This document shows positions 8,259 to 17,015 of a DNA stretch of 64,000 bases, one piece after another. Within the stretch, counting starts at the first letter, position 1. Each line of letters begins with the position of its first letter. The translations under genes and the position numbers were made by a program. Source of the DNA: a virus. Under the pieces are notes generated by a model that saw nothing but the letters and a program-made list of their open reading frames with translations, made no database searches and was not told the origin of the DNA. Location: positions 25,968 through 89,967 of IMG/VR virus record IMGVR_UViG_3300043411_001777. The stretch is one strand, 5' to 3'.

Positions 8259-8626
8259 TAGTTGTAATCATTCCCACGAAGATTAGGAGCGAGCTTCCGC
8301 AAGAGGTCCATGAGATAGGACACGATCGTGAAGTGCTCGTCCCCCAAAACGACGACCACGTCATCGGACTCCGTATCAATTGGGACTCCGCTACAGTATT
8401 CGTTATAGCTCAGGTCAGCAGCAATCTTCAGCTTCTGCTCCTTGTTGACTGCCACCGTGGCACATTTTGCCCGATGCCACAGATCCTCACCCACAAAACC
8501 GTCCGCAATCTCGAACTTCGCAAGGAAATCCTGGATTTCGGGGTTGTTGAACAACTCCCGGGGAACGTGGTACACGACCGAACTGGAATTCGTGACGAAT
8601 CCGATGTTAATGCCAAGCTGCTTCAT
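8258..8626 (-). CDS. hypothetical protein (122 aa), immediately downstream of the radical SAM gene
   Basis: Internal ATG (MKQLGINIGF...) at 8626 lies 2 nt after the radical SAM stop at 8628-8630. The ORF-track N-terminal extension overlaps the radical SAM gene and looks non-coding. Confidence 0.5.
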   Translation of the reverse strand: MKQLGINIGFVTNSSSVVYHVPRELFNNPEIQDFLAKFEIADGFVGEDLWHRAKCATVAVNKEQKLKIAADLSYNEYCSGVPIDTESDDVVVVLGDEHFTIVSYLMDLLRKLAPNLRGNDYN

Positions 8627-8627
8627 T

Positions 8628-9746
8628 TCACTTATTCCGGTTGTGCTCTGCGAAGGCGCAGAGCAGATAATGCACATCGTGCGGTGTTGTACAACGATTG
8701 TTGAACTTGCACTCGTAACAGGCATCCCCATTGGGTTCACCACAAGTGTACAGCTTCTCCCACAGAACCTGAGACCGGGTGTCCCACACCGTGGGGCCCT
8801 CCTTCCATGGAGGATTAAAGCTGGAGTTTGAAATTCGACCCTTCGCGTCAAAATAGCACGCGAACCGGCCCTCACTTCGCATAGCGAAGTCCGTATTGAC
8901 CCCCAGCTCGGGCCTGGAAATGAAGTAAGGCATCAGACCCTCACTGAAAGCGACCTGATACCCAGCTTCCTGAGCCTCACGCAATGCGGCTGGAAACTCC
9001 CTATGATAGACCGCCTTACTCGGCAGACCTTTATGCGAAGCACGGCCCACATCCGGGTAATAGGCCAGCAAAACGAGGTTCAGCGGACCGATATCCGGCT
9101 TACGCGAAATGAGCGCCCGCAGATTCGCGCAAACATCCTGATCGAAAATCAGGTGCACGTTCAACTGGATTTTAGGCAGCTTGACCCGTAGGTCACAGTA
9201 ATGCTTGACGAACCAGTCGAGGCCCTTGAAAGCGTGATAGGTCATGGCGACCCCACCACACACTTCGTTCGTGGCCTCCACGACTTCTGGGGTGAGCTTC
9301 AACCCTGCGGTTGTGTAGTTAGGCACCGTCCCCAACTCGCGCACGCTTCGGAGGATTTCGGGGAAATCGGGATGTAGGGTGGGCTCACCCCCACCAATAG
9401 CCATTTGGTAAGGCGGGGTGTCGAAACCCTTAATTACCTGAGCAGCCAGATCCTTTGGAGCGTGCTTAGACTTAGGCAGGCTGTCCATGTAGCAGTATGG
9501 GCAATTCACGGGGCATTTGCCCGTAATTTTGAGGTCTACCGTCTCTGGTACGGGTGAAAAGGCTTCCCTCCTCCAACCAAAGCGTTCGTTGAACGCTTCG
9601 CGGTCTTCTCGCTTGTAGGTGCCCCAGAAGTCTCCGTAGTAGTCCAGCTTAGGTACTTCCACTTCACGGACAATAATGCCAGTCTTTTCGTCGAAAGACG
9701 ACCGGTAGAAGCACTTATCGCCGAGCTTGAATTCCATTGTACGCAT
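8628..9746 (-). CDS. radical SAM enzyme (372 aa) with a ~75-aa N-terminal extension and a C-terminal 4-Cys cluster
   Basis: CxxxCxxC (CPVNCPYCY) is followed by the GGGEP SAM-binding motif. The C-terminal CGEPNGDACYECKFNNRC suggests an auxiliary Fe-S site. Confidence 0.8.
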   Translation of the reverse strand: MRTMEFKLGDKCFYRSSFDEKTGIIVREVEVPKLDYYGDFWGTYKREDREAFNERFGWRREAFSPVPETVDLKITGKCPVNCPYCYMDSLPKSKHAPKDLAAQVIKGFDTPPYQMAIGGGEPTLHPDFPEILRSVRELGTVPNYTTAGLKLTPEVVEATNEVCGGVAMTYHAFKGLDWFVKHYCDLRVKLPKIQLNVHLIFDQDVCANLRALISRKPDIGPLNLVLLAYYPDVGRASHKGLPSKAVYHREFPAALREAQEAGYQVAFSEGLMPYFISRPELGVNTDFAMRSEGRFACYFDAKGRISNSSFNPPWKEGPTVWDTRSQVLWEKLYTCGEPNGDACYECKFNNRCTTPHDVHYLLCAFAEHNRNK

Positions 9747-9909
9747 TATTGTTCCGTTGTCTCTGACAAGAGATGAGTCTGGTTGTCGGCTAAGACACGT
9801 TTATGGTAAGCGGTAGCCGTTTCGTTCACGAAGGGTTCAACCGCTGTCTTATACGTTAGACGGTGAATGGTTCCGTCAGGCTGACGGGCCCGCCAAATCC
9901 AGGTCCGCA

Positions 9910-10323
9910 TTACTTGATTACCTTCAAACTATCATCGGTAAGCTGCCAAACGGTGAATCCGTTCGACCAGCAGATCCGCACTTCGGCGGTTCGCTCATTA
10001 CTGCCGGGGTGCGCACGGCGCACTTCGACGATGATTCCCGTGTCGTGATCCTCGCCCTCGCCCTCGCCGGCTTCAACACGCATACCGACATGCCACCCAC
10101 TGAGCTGGGTCAGCTCACCAGAATCCGTCTCCGCACACCAACGGCTGTAAGCGTCCTCTTCACCAGCAAGCAGACGACGGCCCAGGTCAGCCACATCCGA
10201 TTCGGATGCTGTGTAGTCAAGGCCCGTCTCATCGGCGCGGTAAATGTAGTGGCCACCGAAGCGGCTTGCGTGAAGCCGCTCAACACCTTCAGCGAGCTGA
10301 TCGAAGAACTGAGATTCAAACAT
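9910..10323 (-). CDS. hypothetical protein (137 aa)
   Basis: Start chosen at MFESQ, which has AAGGAG 8 nt upstream. Confidence 0.5.
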   Translation of the reverse strand: MFESQFFDQLAEGVERLHASRFGGHYIYRADETGLDYTASESDVADLGRRLLAGEEDAYSRWCAETDSGELTQLSGWHVGMRVEAGEGEGEDHDTGIIVEVRRAHPGSNERTAEVRICWSNGFTVWQLTDDSLKVIK

Positions 10324-10400
10324 TGTGGACTCTCCTTGTCTAAGGAACCACAACGGGGCCTTTTTTTAGGGGCCGATCTTCGTTCGTGCCAAAGGCATTC

Positions 10401-11090
10401 TCACTTCTCGTCCAGATCTAAGCGGGTAAACCGCTTGAGCTTGGGAATTGGAGGCTTAACCCCAGTCCCCTTGCAAATCGCACAAGGGTCCCACCCATAG
10501 GAATGGGCCGTGTCCTTTCCACCTTGGCCGTCACAGCCAGAACACGTCTCGGGCTCAGGCTTAGGAGCAGCCATCTTGGTTTCTGGTGCAATCTCGGCCG
10601 TCTTGAAGGGCTCGGGTTCGGCTTGAAGGCTTTGAATAGCCAACCCTTCAAAGATAGACTTCTCGTATTCGATTACATCAGGGTCTTCTTCCACAGTTTC
10701 CGGCCATTCCTTAACCAGAGGGCAAGCATACCAGTCAGGAATCTCATCTTCCGGGACAGCCTCACACCAAGGCTCCACCGTTAGGAGGTAACCTCCCTTC
10801 CACTTATTCAATAAGTCACGCGCCTCCTCCTGATTAGCGGTCTCCCACTGGACTAACCCGCAATCATCAAGCACGAGAAACTTGCCTTTCTTTTTGTTGT
10901 GCTCAAACAGGTGAAGGCTCACGTTATTGCGCACCAAAGCGTATGCCTTCCCGGCAGGAGGGAGAATGTCATTTTTCTTTGCTACCTCTAGAAAGTCTTT
11001 GAAAAGGTTAGCATCTAGCTGATTTGCAGCTTGCAGAACCCGTTCCCAATCTGCGGCGATACGAATGCGGTCATCTTCGGTCATCATCAA
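10401..11090 (-). CDS. hypothetical protein with a C-terminal DnaJ-type CxxCxGxG zinc finger (229 aa)
   Basis: CSGCDGQGG...CAICKGTG. Confidence 0.5.
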   Translation of the reverse strand: MMMTEDDRIRIAADWERVLQAANQLDANLFKDFLEVAKKNDILPPAGKAYALVRNNVSLHLFEHNKKKGKFLVLDDCGLVQWETANQEEARDLLNKWKGGYLLTVEPWCEAVPEDEIPDWYACPLVKEWPETVEEDPDVIEYEKSIFEGLAIQSLQAEPEPFKTAEIAPETKMAAPKPEPETCSGCDGQGGKDTAHSYGWDPCAICKGTGVKPPIPKLKRFTRLDLDEK

Positions 11091-11656
11091 AGCCCTGCCT
11101 TTTGTGCTGCTTCTTCTAGAACCACACTAGCCCAACTCCACCAACAGGCGGTTTCAGCCATCGGTTCGTGTGGAGACAAAGGGTCCTCGGAGGAGCCCTC
11201 ATTAGGGTTGCTACAGTAGAGCTGCCCGTCCCCGAAACGTTCTGCTAACCAACGAGTAATACCCCAAGCGGCCCCATGGTCCCCGTAATCGAAACCGATG
11301 GCTTGGGGGTTACGGATATAGCTTAGGTGCTCGTTTTCGTTCTCTGAATCATTAGTTGCAGGGCCGATGTAGGTTAGAGAACTGACGAAAATTTCCTCTA
11401 ACTCATCTGCCCACCGCTTATTCCGGTAGGTAAACTCAGAAAACCGCCAGAGGCGGCTATACTTTTCTTGCACAAGAGCCAATGCCTTATGCCCGACCTT
11501 TTCCCCTCGCTTGTCTTTCTTCATTCTGGCGAGGTTTAGCGCGGCATGCAGAGGGCCAACCTCATCGAGAAAAGGTTGGCGGAAAGCATGAAGGAACTCC
11601 AGAACTTGCTTGCGTTTGTTGGAGTCCGCGATTCGCGTTGTGATGGTTTCGCCCAT
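11087..11656 (-). CDS. hypothetical protein (189 aa)
   Basis: ORF with overlapping start/stop. Confidence 0.5.
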   Translation of the reverse strand: MGETITTRIADSNKRKQVLEFLHAFRQPFLDEVGPLHAALNLARMKKDKRGEKVGHKALALVQEKYSRLWRFSEFTYRNKRWADELEEIFVSSLTYIGPATNDSENENEHLSYIRNPQAIGFDYGDHGAAWGITRWLAERFGDGQLYCSNPNEGSSEDPLSPHEPMAETACWWSWASVVLEEAAQKAGL

Positions 11657-11970
11657 TATGGCTTAACCTTGTACTTTTCGCAGCAGCGCCAAATCCCATC
11701 CTCGTGCTTTTCAAGGCAGTTGCATTCCTGCACAGGAGCTGCCATTTGCTCGGGCCGGATTTCGAATTTCTGGACATTATACCAGATCCCCAAAATCATA
11801 GCAAAAGCACCGGAGAATGCAATCACATATACGTGAGCCTTGAACCAAGGCCAGCGACGGAACGGACGGTGCAAGGAACGATACGTGTTGTCGAGCCACA
11901 TAAAAAGGATGAGGCTCACGAGAAACAGAATACCAGCCGAACCGAACACGGGTGTAAACCAAGGATACAT
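11656..11970 (-). CDS. membrane protein, 2 predicted TM helices (104 aa)
   Basis: Two hydrophobic stretches: GILFLVSLILFMWL and VYVIAFSGAFAMILGIWY. Confidence 0.5.
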   Translation of the reverse strand: MYPWFTPVFGSAGILFLVSLILFMWLDNTYRSLHRPFRRWPWFKAHVYVIAFSGAFAMILGIWYNVQKFEIRPEQMAAPVQECNCLEKHEDGIWRCCEKYKVKP

Positions 11971-12329
11971 TACGGATTCGCCTTTTGTAGGAGGGCTTCG
12001 ATCGCGTCGAGCTGCGCGTTGACATCAGAAGGTAATGAGCTAACCTTTCGCATCGCGGTTTCTAGGTCCGAAGGATCAGGATCCCGCAGCGAAAAGTACA
12101 CTGTAATGTCCGTCGCAGCCACGAGCCGGTAATCCTGCATATGAAGGAGGTTTGCCACGTCGACCAATCGGTATGTGGCTTTCGTCAAATTGCCGTTGAT
12201 GGTTTCAACCAGACCGTATAGCCCTAGGCTGACGGCTACAACCGGCATGCCCCGCACAGCCGCACGGATTTCCGCAACGTTCTCCGGAGAGAGGTTAAAG
12301 TCCCAATCTTCTTTCCAGTCGCTACTCAT
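11970..12329 (-). CDS. hypothetical protein (119 aa)
   Basis: ORF. Confidence 0.5.
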   Translation of the reverse strand: MSSDWKEDWDFNLSPENVAEIRAAVRGMPVVAVSLGLYGLVETINGNLTKATYRLVDVANLLHMQDYRLVAATDITVYFSLRDPDPSDLETAMRKVSSLPSDVNAQLDAIEALLQKANP

Positions 12330-12332
12330 TTC

Positions 12333-12617
12333 TCACCTGGCGTCAGCACAAACAGAAAGAGCCCCCTGGGGTCGGCCAGCCGTACGCGGGCAGCCATACT
12401 GCACAAGTACCCGCTGCACCGTGCGTCGTGAGGCATCATAAGTGCAGCCCTGCGAAAGAAGCCACACGCCAAACAGATCGGCCAATGCCCGTACAATGCG
12501 AGGTTCGGATGAGAGTCCGTGCATACGGACGTGCTCGGCGCCGTTCAACGGGCACGTCTGAAGCCAACGGGTGAACCGCCGCAAGGCGGATGCTTCTCGG
12601 GTTGCACGCAAATTCAT
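12333..12617 (-). CDS. hypothetical protein (94 aa)
   Basis: ORF with an Arg-rich, less protein-like composition. Confidence 0.3.
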   Translation of the reverse strand: MNLRATREASALRRFTRWLQTCPLNGAEHVRMHGLSSEPRIVRALADLFGVWLLSQGCTYDASRRTVQRVLVQYGCPRTAGRPQGALSVCADAR

Positions 12618-12906
12618 TTCAACACCTCATCAGACCAGATAGGCCTACGAACTCGAAAGTCGGGAACCGTCACACCCAAAACTTCATAGCCCCCGTCTGA
12701 TTCTTCCACCCGAACATTCCAAAAGGGAACTTTTGGGTGGCCTAATGACCAGAGCTTAACCACTTCAATAGCGGCGTAGGAACTCGTAATAGCCCTGACT
12801 ACGGCGGCTTTTCAAGATAGCCAAAGAAGCCTTGGCCAACTTTACTGGCGTGGAGGCGTCATAGTATCCAGTTCCATACTTTTCATGGACTACAAGAATC
12901 AGCATT

Positions 12907-13611
12907 TCAGTCCACCTGTTCCAAGAGCATCCTGACTCCCTTAAATAGGGAGTCCAGTTCGTCAGAGAAACGCCGAGCCTTTTCGGAAGGCGTCACAACC
13001 TTTACCTGAGGTGTATACCGGCTCAGCTTCTCGATTGAGCGGTTGAGATTGCACCGAGCTTCAAATTCTGAGGCCAGCTTCATCTCAACCGTTTGGAAGA
13101 TCCAGGGCCGATTCGCAAACCGCTCCATAATGGACTTTCGAGTCGCCATAAAGGCGTCCTCAGACACCCACGCGAATTCTTTACGGATATTCGCCTCGTA
13201 TTGGTCGAATACCTCACGGGGAGCCGCGAAGATGGAAAGGTCACAATCCAAGACGATTTTAGCCGCTGGGTTTGCAACCACATCCTCCCGATGCCGGGTG
13301 GCCAAGATCAACTCGGCTACCAAGGCCCATTCGGGCATTGAAGCTCCGCGCATGAACTGGACCGCCAATTCGGCGGACTGTTCCTCACTCCCTGGGGACC
13401 TCACGTCCAACACAAGGTCGTGAAACCACAGCGCCAATTCAATGGCACGGCGACGATTTGGGCTTGGGAAGATCCGGTCCAAGGTGGCAAAGCACATCTC
13501 TAGGTGTGAGAGCGTGTGGTAATGCCGATGAGGCTGACGGTAAGCCGCCTCAATCGTGGCATAGAAATCCGCATGCTCTTCCCCAACCGTTTGAACCCAA
13601 CGCTTAAGCAT
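12907..13611 (-). CDS. HD-domain phosphohydrolase-like protein (234 aa)
   Basis: H..H...(27 aa)...HD arrangement (RHYHTLSHLE ... LALWFHDLV), typical of the HD superfamily. Confidence 0.55.
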   Translation of the reverse strand: MLKRWVQTVGEEHADFYATIEAAYRQPHRHYHTLSHLEMCFATLDRIFPSPNRRRAIELALWFHDLVLDVRSPGSEEQSAELAVQFMRGASMPEWALVAELILATRHREDVVANPAAKIVLDCDLSIFAAPREVFDQYEANIRKEFAWVSEDAFMATRKSIMERFANRPWIFQTVEMKLASEFEARCNLNRSIEKLSRYTPQVKVVTPSEKARRFSDELDSLFKGVRMLLEQVD

Positions 13612-13829
13612 TAGTCACGACCCCAATCATTTTTGACGTCGAAAACGATAACCCGATTGGGGTCGTCGTAATCCGGAGCATATTGAGCGAGCTTCGACTC
13701 ACCTTTTACCGCGTGGACCAGCATGAAATCATAATCGCGAGCAAGGCAAAGCCCATGCTGGTTGCACAGGGCATTATAGGCCTCAAGGAACGCATTTACC
13801 CGATCGTTTTCCATGATTCTAACCTCCAC
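13611..13829 (-). CDS. hypothetical protein (72 aa)
   Basis: ORF with an ATGA overlap onto the HD gene. Confidence 0.45.
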   Translation of the reverse strand: MEVRIMENDRVNAFLEAYNALCNQHGLCLARDYDFMLVHAVKGESKLAQYAPDYDDPNRVIVFDVKNDWGRD

Positions 13830-13866
13830 AGAAGCTACCTAAACAGCTCCCGAAGTTAGGATCTTT

Positions 13867-14781
13867 TCAGTAACCACCCTGAAAAGGTTTAACCACACCC
13901 TCTGCCAATGCAGAATGGAAGCGGTCAGGATATCCCTCTTCGTACATAGACTGTACAGTCTCGAAATTCTCCCACGCGAATTCACGAAACCACCCCGAGG
14001 TGATACTCGTGCACACCTTCTCATGGGCGATGTTGAAGCTCAACCGACGGTCAACACCGAAATTGAACGGGATCTGACTCCGCTCCAAAGCAAGCACTTG
14101 AGTCTCCTCAAGGACCGCCAAGAGCTGGATTTCCTTTGGCTGCTTTCGGAAGAGCTTTTTGCTGCTCAACACTTCCTGCCCATCGACCGCGAAGAACCAG
14201 TAAGCCGGCTTATCGAGGTGCTGGACCGCAATGTGCAAAGTGTCGTGATCGTACTTGTACGGCACCCCATCCCCATTGAAGAATTCCCCCTTGGAACGCT
14301 TCAGATTCGGGTGCTGGTAGGAAAGGGTTTCCTTTTCCCGAAGCTTTGGCCAATCCCCAAGAGGAGCCAAGTCCGGAGACAGCTCCCTCAGCTTGAGGAT
14401 GTCCCCCATCGTCTTACGGAAGAAGGGGGAATCCTTCTTATACCGGTGCCCAAGCTTCAGCGCTAGGAGTACCGAAAGAGGGGGGAGGTATGCCGAGATG
14501 TTCTTGCCATTTACAGGCACGGTGACAACAGGCCAGCTCTCCGTCCGGGCCATTTCCAGAAGAGTTGCAGCAGTGGACCCGGACCAGGCCAATTCCAAAT
14601 CCAGGATCTGGCCAGGAACGGACAATGCCGCATGATTCTCGTCAATGACGTGGAGGCCCGCTTCCAGGAAATTCTGGAGAGCAGGCAAACGGATTCCTTC
14701 GATGATGAAGTCTAGGTCGAGAGGGGTTCGGCCGAGATCAACACCGTGTCGCAAACACGCTTCACTTCCGACGAGCAACAT
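13867..14781 (-). CDS. Pol-beta-superfamily nucleotidyltransferase-like protein (304 aa)
   Basis: N-terminal GS-x9-DLDF (LVGSEACLRHGVDLGRTPLDLDFII) minimal NTase motif, followed by a helical C-terminal domain. Confidence 0.45.
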   Translation of the reverse strand: MLLVGSEACLRHGVDLGRTPLDLDFIIEGIRLPALQNFLEAGLHVIDENHAALSVPGQILDLELAWSGSTAATLLEMARTESWPVVTVPVNGKNISAYLPPLSVLLALKLGHRYKKDSPFFRKTMGDILKLRELSPDLAPLGDWPKLREKETLSYQHPNLKRSKGEFFNGDGVPYKYDHDTLHIAVQHLDKPAYWFFAVDGQEVLSSKKLFRKQPKEIQLLAVLEETQVLALERSQIPFNFGVDRRLSFNIAHEKVCTSITSGWFREFAWENFETVQSMYEEGYPDRFHSALAEGVVKPFQGGY

Positions 14782-14785
14782 ACGT

Positions 14786-15121
14786 TTAGCACCTTAGCGA
14801 GCTGGGCAGCCAGGTCCCAGCAACAAGCGCCCCTTGATTGTGGGGGTTAAAATAACCGTCCAAATAGTTCATCGGATCTCCAAATTGGAGATCCGTGAAA
14901 TCCACATCAATTAGAACCTTGTGCTTTTCGCATAATTCCTGCACTTCGGAACCCGTTTCTGCGATCTTCGCCAGAGCATTCAGGTATTCGGAAGCAGGGT
15001 TTTCTAATTCCTTAGCCCTCTTAACCAGAGCGTAAAGCTCCTTGAGCTTGGTTTCAAGCTCAGGTTTGATGGCTTCTGGTACGGGTGCGGACAATTCAAA
15101 GTCTATACCGGCCATGATCAC
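14786..15121 (-). CDS. paralog family P, member 1 (111 aa); conserved N-terminal F-L-SAPVP-E and C-terminal AG(T/V)W(L/I)PSSxxC-COOH
   Basis: Aligns with four other tandem paralogs. The C-terminus is VAGTWLPSSLRC. Confidence 0.6.
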   Translation of the reverse strand: MIMAGIDFELSAPVPEAIKPELETKLKELYALVKRAKELENPASEYLNALAKIAETGSEVQELCEKHKVLIDVDFTDLQFGDPMNYLDGYFNPHNQGALVAGTWLPSSLRC

Positions 15122-15663
15122 TTCCTTAGTGGTTCTCTGGTTGATTTGAACCCACCCTTGCCGCGTCGTGCGAATTGGCGAGGCGTGGTCAATGCTTCCT
15201 CAACAGGCCAGCCGTGCTCGATTCGGTCAAGAAGAGCTGAGTAGCTGAGCCCAATCTGCTTCGCCCACTTGTTGAGTGTTTGAGTAGTCCCGTTCATCGT
15301 AAGCATTCGTGGCTGTCGAGAGGGAGTGGAAACAGCCTTGTCATGGTCCCATCCGCGATAAACTCGCCCCTTAACCAGATTCCTGGTCAAGCCCTTTTCC
15401 CTCTCGACCTCTCGAAATCCTCTCTTCCTGTTGTCGACCCTAACTCGCTTTGTGTACTTCAAACATCCACACGACTTGTTTCTGAACAAGTCGTGGTATG
15501 TGAGCATGAAGTGCACACCGCAAATGCACTTCATTTCACAGACAGCGTATTTCTTGGTTGCCTTGGCTCGATTCAGCCCAAGGAATGTGGTTGTTGTGAA
15601 CGGTTTGAACCCCTTGGCCGGAAGAATGGGGGTCGGCCGCTTCTCTTTCTCCACGCTCAGCAC
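15118..15663 (-). CDS. homing-endonuclease-like DNA-binding protein (zinc-finger region plus C-terminal HTH) inserted in the paralog array (181 aa)
   Basis: Cys cluster CEMKCICG...SCGC. The C-terminal TLNKWAKQIGLSYSALLDRIEHGWPVEEAL resembles the HTH tail common in phage HNH/homing endonucleases. No clean HNH catalytic motif was seen. Confidence 0.4.
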   Translation of the reverse strand: MLSVEKEKRPTPILPAKGFKPFTTTTFLGLNRAKATKKYAVCEMKCICGVHFMLTYHDLFRNKSCGCLKYTKRVRVDNRKRGFREVEREKGLTRNLVKGRVYRGWDHDKAVSTPSRQPRMLTMNGTTQTLNKWAKQIGLSYSALLDRIEHGWPVEEALTTPRQFARRGKGGFKSTREPLRK

Positions 15664-15986
15664 CGCATTGAACTATGGAGCCAGGTTCCTGCAACACGGG
15701 CTCCCCTTACCATATCCGACTCGTAGTCGTCGTAATCCTCCCTCCGACCGAAATCGTAATCGGTGAAACTTGCGTCAAGGACGACCCCGTAGCCCTTTGC
15801 AAGCTTCTCCAGCTTTCGAGCTTGCTCAGTGACTTCCTCGCAAGCTGCCTCATAGGTGTGAACCCCCTTCTCGGCCTCGCGTGCCTTCTGCACTGCGGCG
15901 AACAGCTCCTTAACCTGGGCTTCCAGGGTGGCGGAGACTTCGTTGGGGACGGGAGCGGACAGAGAAAACGTTGGCGTATCAGACAT
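15657..15986 (-). CDS. paralog family P, member 2 (109 aa)
   Basis: MSDTPTFSLSAPVPNEV...FTDYDFG...ARVAGTWLHSSMRC. Confidence 0.6.
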   Translation of the reverse strand: MSDTPTFSLSAPVPNEVSATLEAQVKELFAAVQKAREAEKGVHTYEAACEEVTEQARKLEKLAKGYGVVLDASFTDYDFGRREDYDDYESDMVRGARVAGTWLHSSMRC

Positions 15987-15998
15987 AGATTAAACCTC

Positions 15999-16358
15999 TT
16001 AGCAGCGGTATGAACTGGGAACCCAAACACCGGCCAGAACCGCACCGGCCATGGTGTCGAAGTAGGTGAAAGAGTCGTTTCCGAATGGGGTGTATTTGGA
16101 AAAGCTAACGTCAACGACCACATTGTGGTCGTTTGCAAGGGTCTCCATTTTTTCTGCGACTTCTGCAACGTGGCGAACCGCTTTGATATAGCGGCTCATC
16201 AACCTATTAGCCGCTTCATGCGAATTCCTAGCCTCGGATTCCATCGCCTGAGCACCCTGCATAGCAAGGAGCAAAGCCTGAAATTGGGCTTCAAAGGTCG
16301 CTTTGACCTCTTCAGGAAGGGGGGCGGATAGGTTAAACGTGTGTGTTTCTTCTGACAT
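15999..16358 (-). CDS. paralog family P, member 3 (119 aa)
   Basis: FNLSAPLPEEV...VLAGVWVPSSYRC. Confidence 0.6.
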   Translation of the reverse strand: MSEETHTFNLSAPLPEEVKATFEAQFQALLLAMQGAQAMESEARNSHEAANRLMSRYIKAVRHVAEVAEKMETLANDHNVVVDVSFSKYTPFGNDSFTYFDTMAGAVLAGVWVPSSYRC

Positions 16359-16368
16359 TCGGTCTTCC

Positions 16369-16689
16369 TTAGCAGGACATTGAGCTAGGAAGCCAAACCC
16401 CGGCTAGGCTGGCCCCGGAAGCCTCGTCGGCTTGACCCCAAAAATAGTCTGGGTGCCCAAAGACATAATCGGAGAAATTCGTCTCAACGAATGCTTTGTG
16501 TTTGTTCAAGAATGCGTGAAGGTCTGTGCCTAGATTGGCTACCTTCTTAAGGGTCTTGAACAGTTCCGCCTGTTCCTGAGCTTTCTGAACTTCCGCGTAC
16601 AAGGCCTTAACCTTGGCCTCCAGCTCAAGCTGGATTTCGGGGGAAAGGGGGCCCTTATTTGCTTCTACTGTAAAAGTCAGCGGTTCCAT
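16369..16689 (-). CDS. paralog family P, member 4 (106 aa)
   Basis: LTFTVEAN...FSDYVFG...SLAGVWLPSSMSC. Confidence 0.6.
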   Translation of the reverse strand: MEPLTFTVEANKGPLSPEIQLELEAKVKALYAEVQKAQEQAELFKTLKKVANLGTDLHAFLNKHKAFVETNFSDYVFGHPDYFWGQADEASGASLAGVWLPSSMSC

Positions 16690-16692
16690 AGA

Positions 16693-17013
16693 TCAGCACT
16701 CCATCGAGCTAGGAATCCAAGTACCTGCGATACGGGCACCTGTGCCCTCATCATGATCGAAGTATGACTTTCCATTGAATGGATAGTCACAGAAATTCGT
16801 TTTCACGTTGAGCTTGTGCTCAGCAGCGAAAGCGTTAAGCTTTACGCCCAGCGCGGCCACCTCATGGAGGGCCTCGAAATAGCCCTCCAAAGCTTTAGCC
16901 TTTTGGACAGCAGCGAACAGTCCCTTAACCTGCGATTCCAGCTCCGCCTGTACGGCGGGGGTAATCGTGGTTCCAGAGTCATGCCCCAGAGTAAACGTAG
17001 GAGTATCAATCAT
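16693..17013 (-). CDS. paralog family P, member 5 (106 aa)
   Basis: Start MIDTPTFTL aligns with the N-terminus of member 2. Its ATG lies 2 nt after the tnpB stop (TGAaaATG). The C-terminus is IAGTWIPSSMEC. Confidence 0.6.
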   Translation of the reverse strand: MIDTPTFTLGHDSGTTITPAVQAELESQVKGLFAAVQKAKALEGYFEALHEVAALGVKLNAFAAEHKLNVKTNFCDYPFNGKSYFDHDEGTGARIAGTWIPSSMEC

Positions 17014-17015
17014 TT

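Noticed and set aside
8333-8831. Plus-strand ORFs 8333-8704 and 8442-8831, and minus ORF 8428-8616
   Set aside because: They lie inside the radical-SAM operon on the wrong strand or frame, and the translations look non-protein-like.
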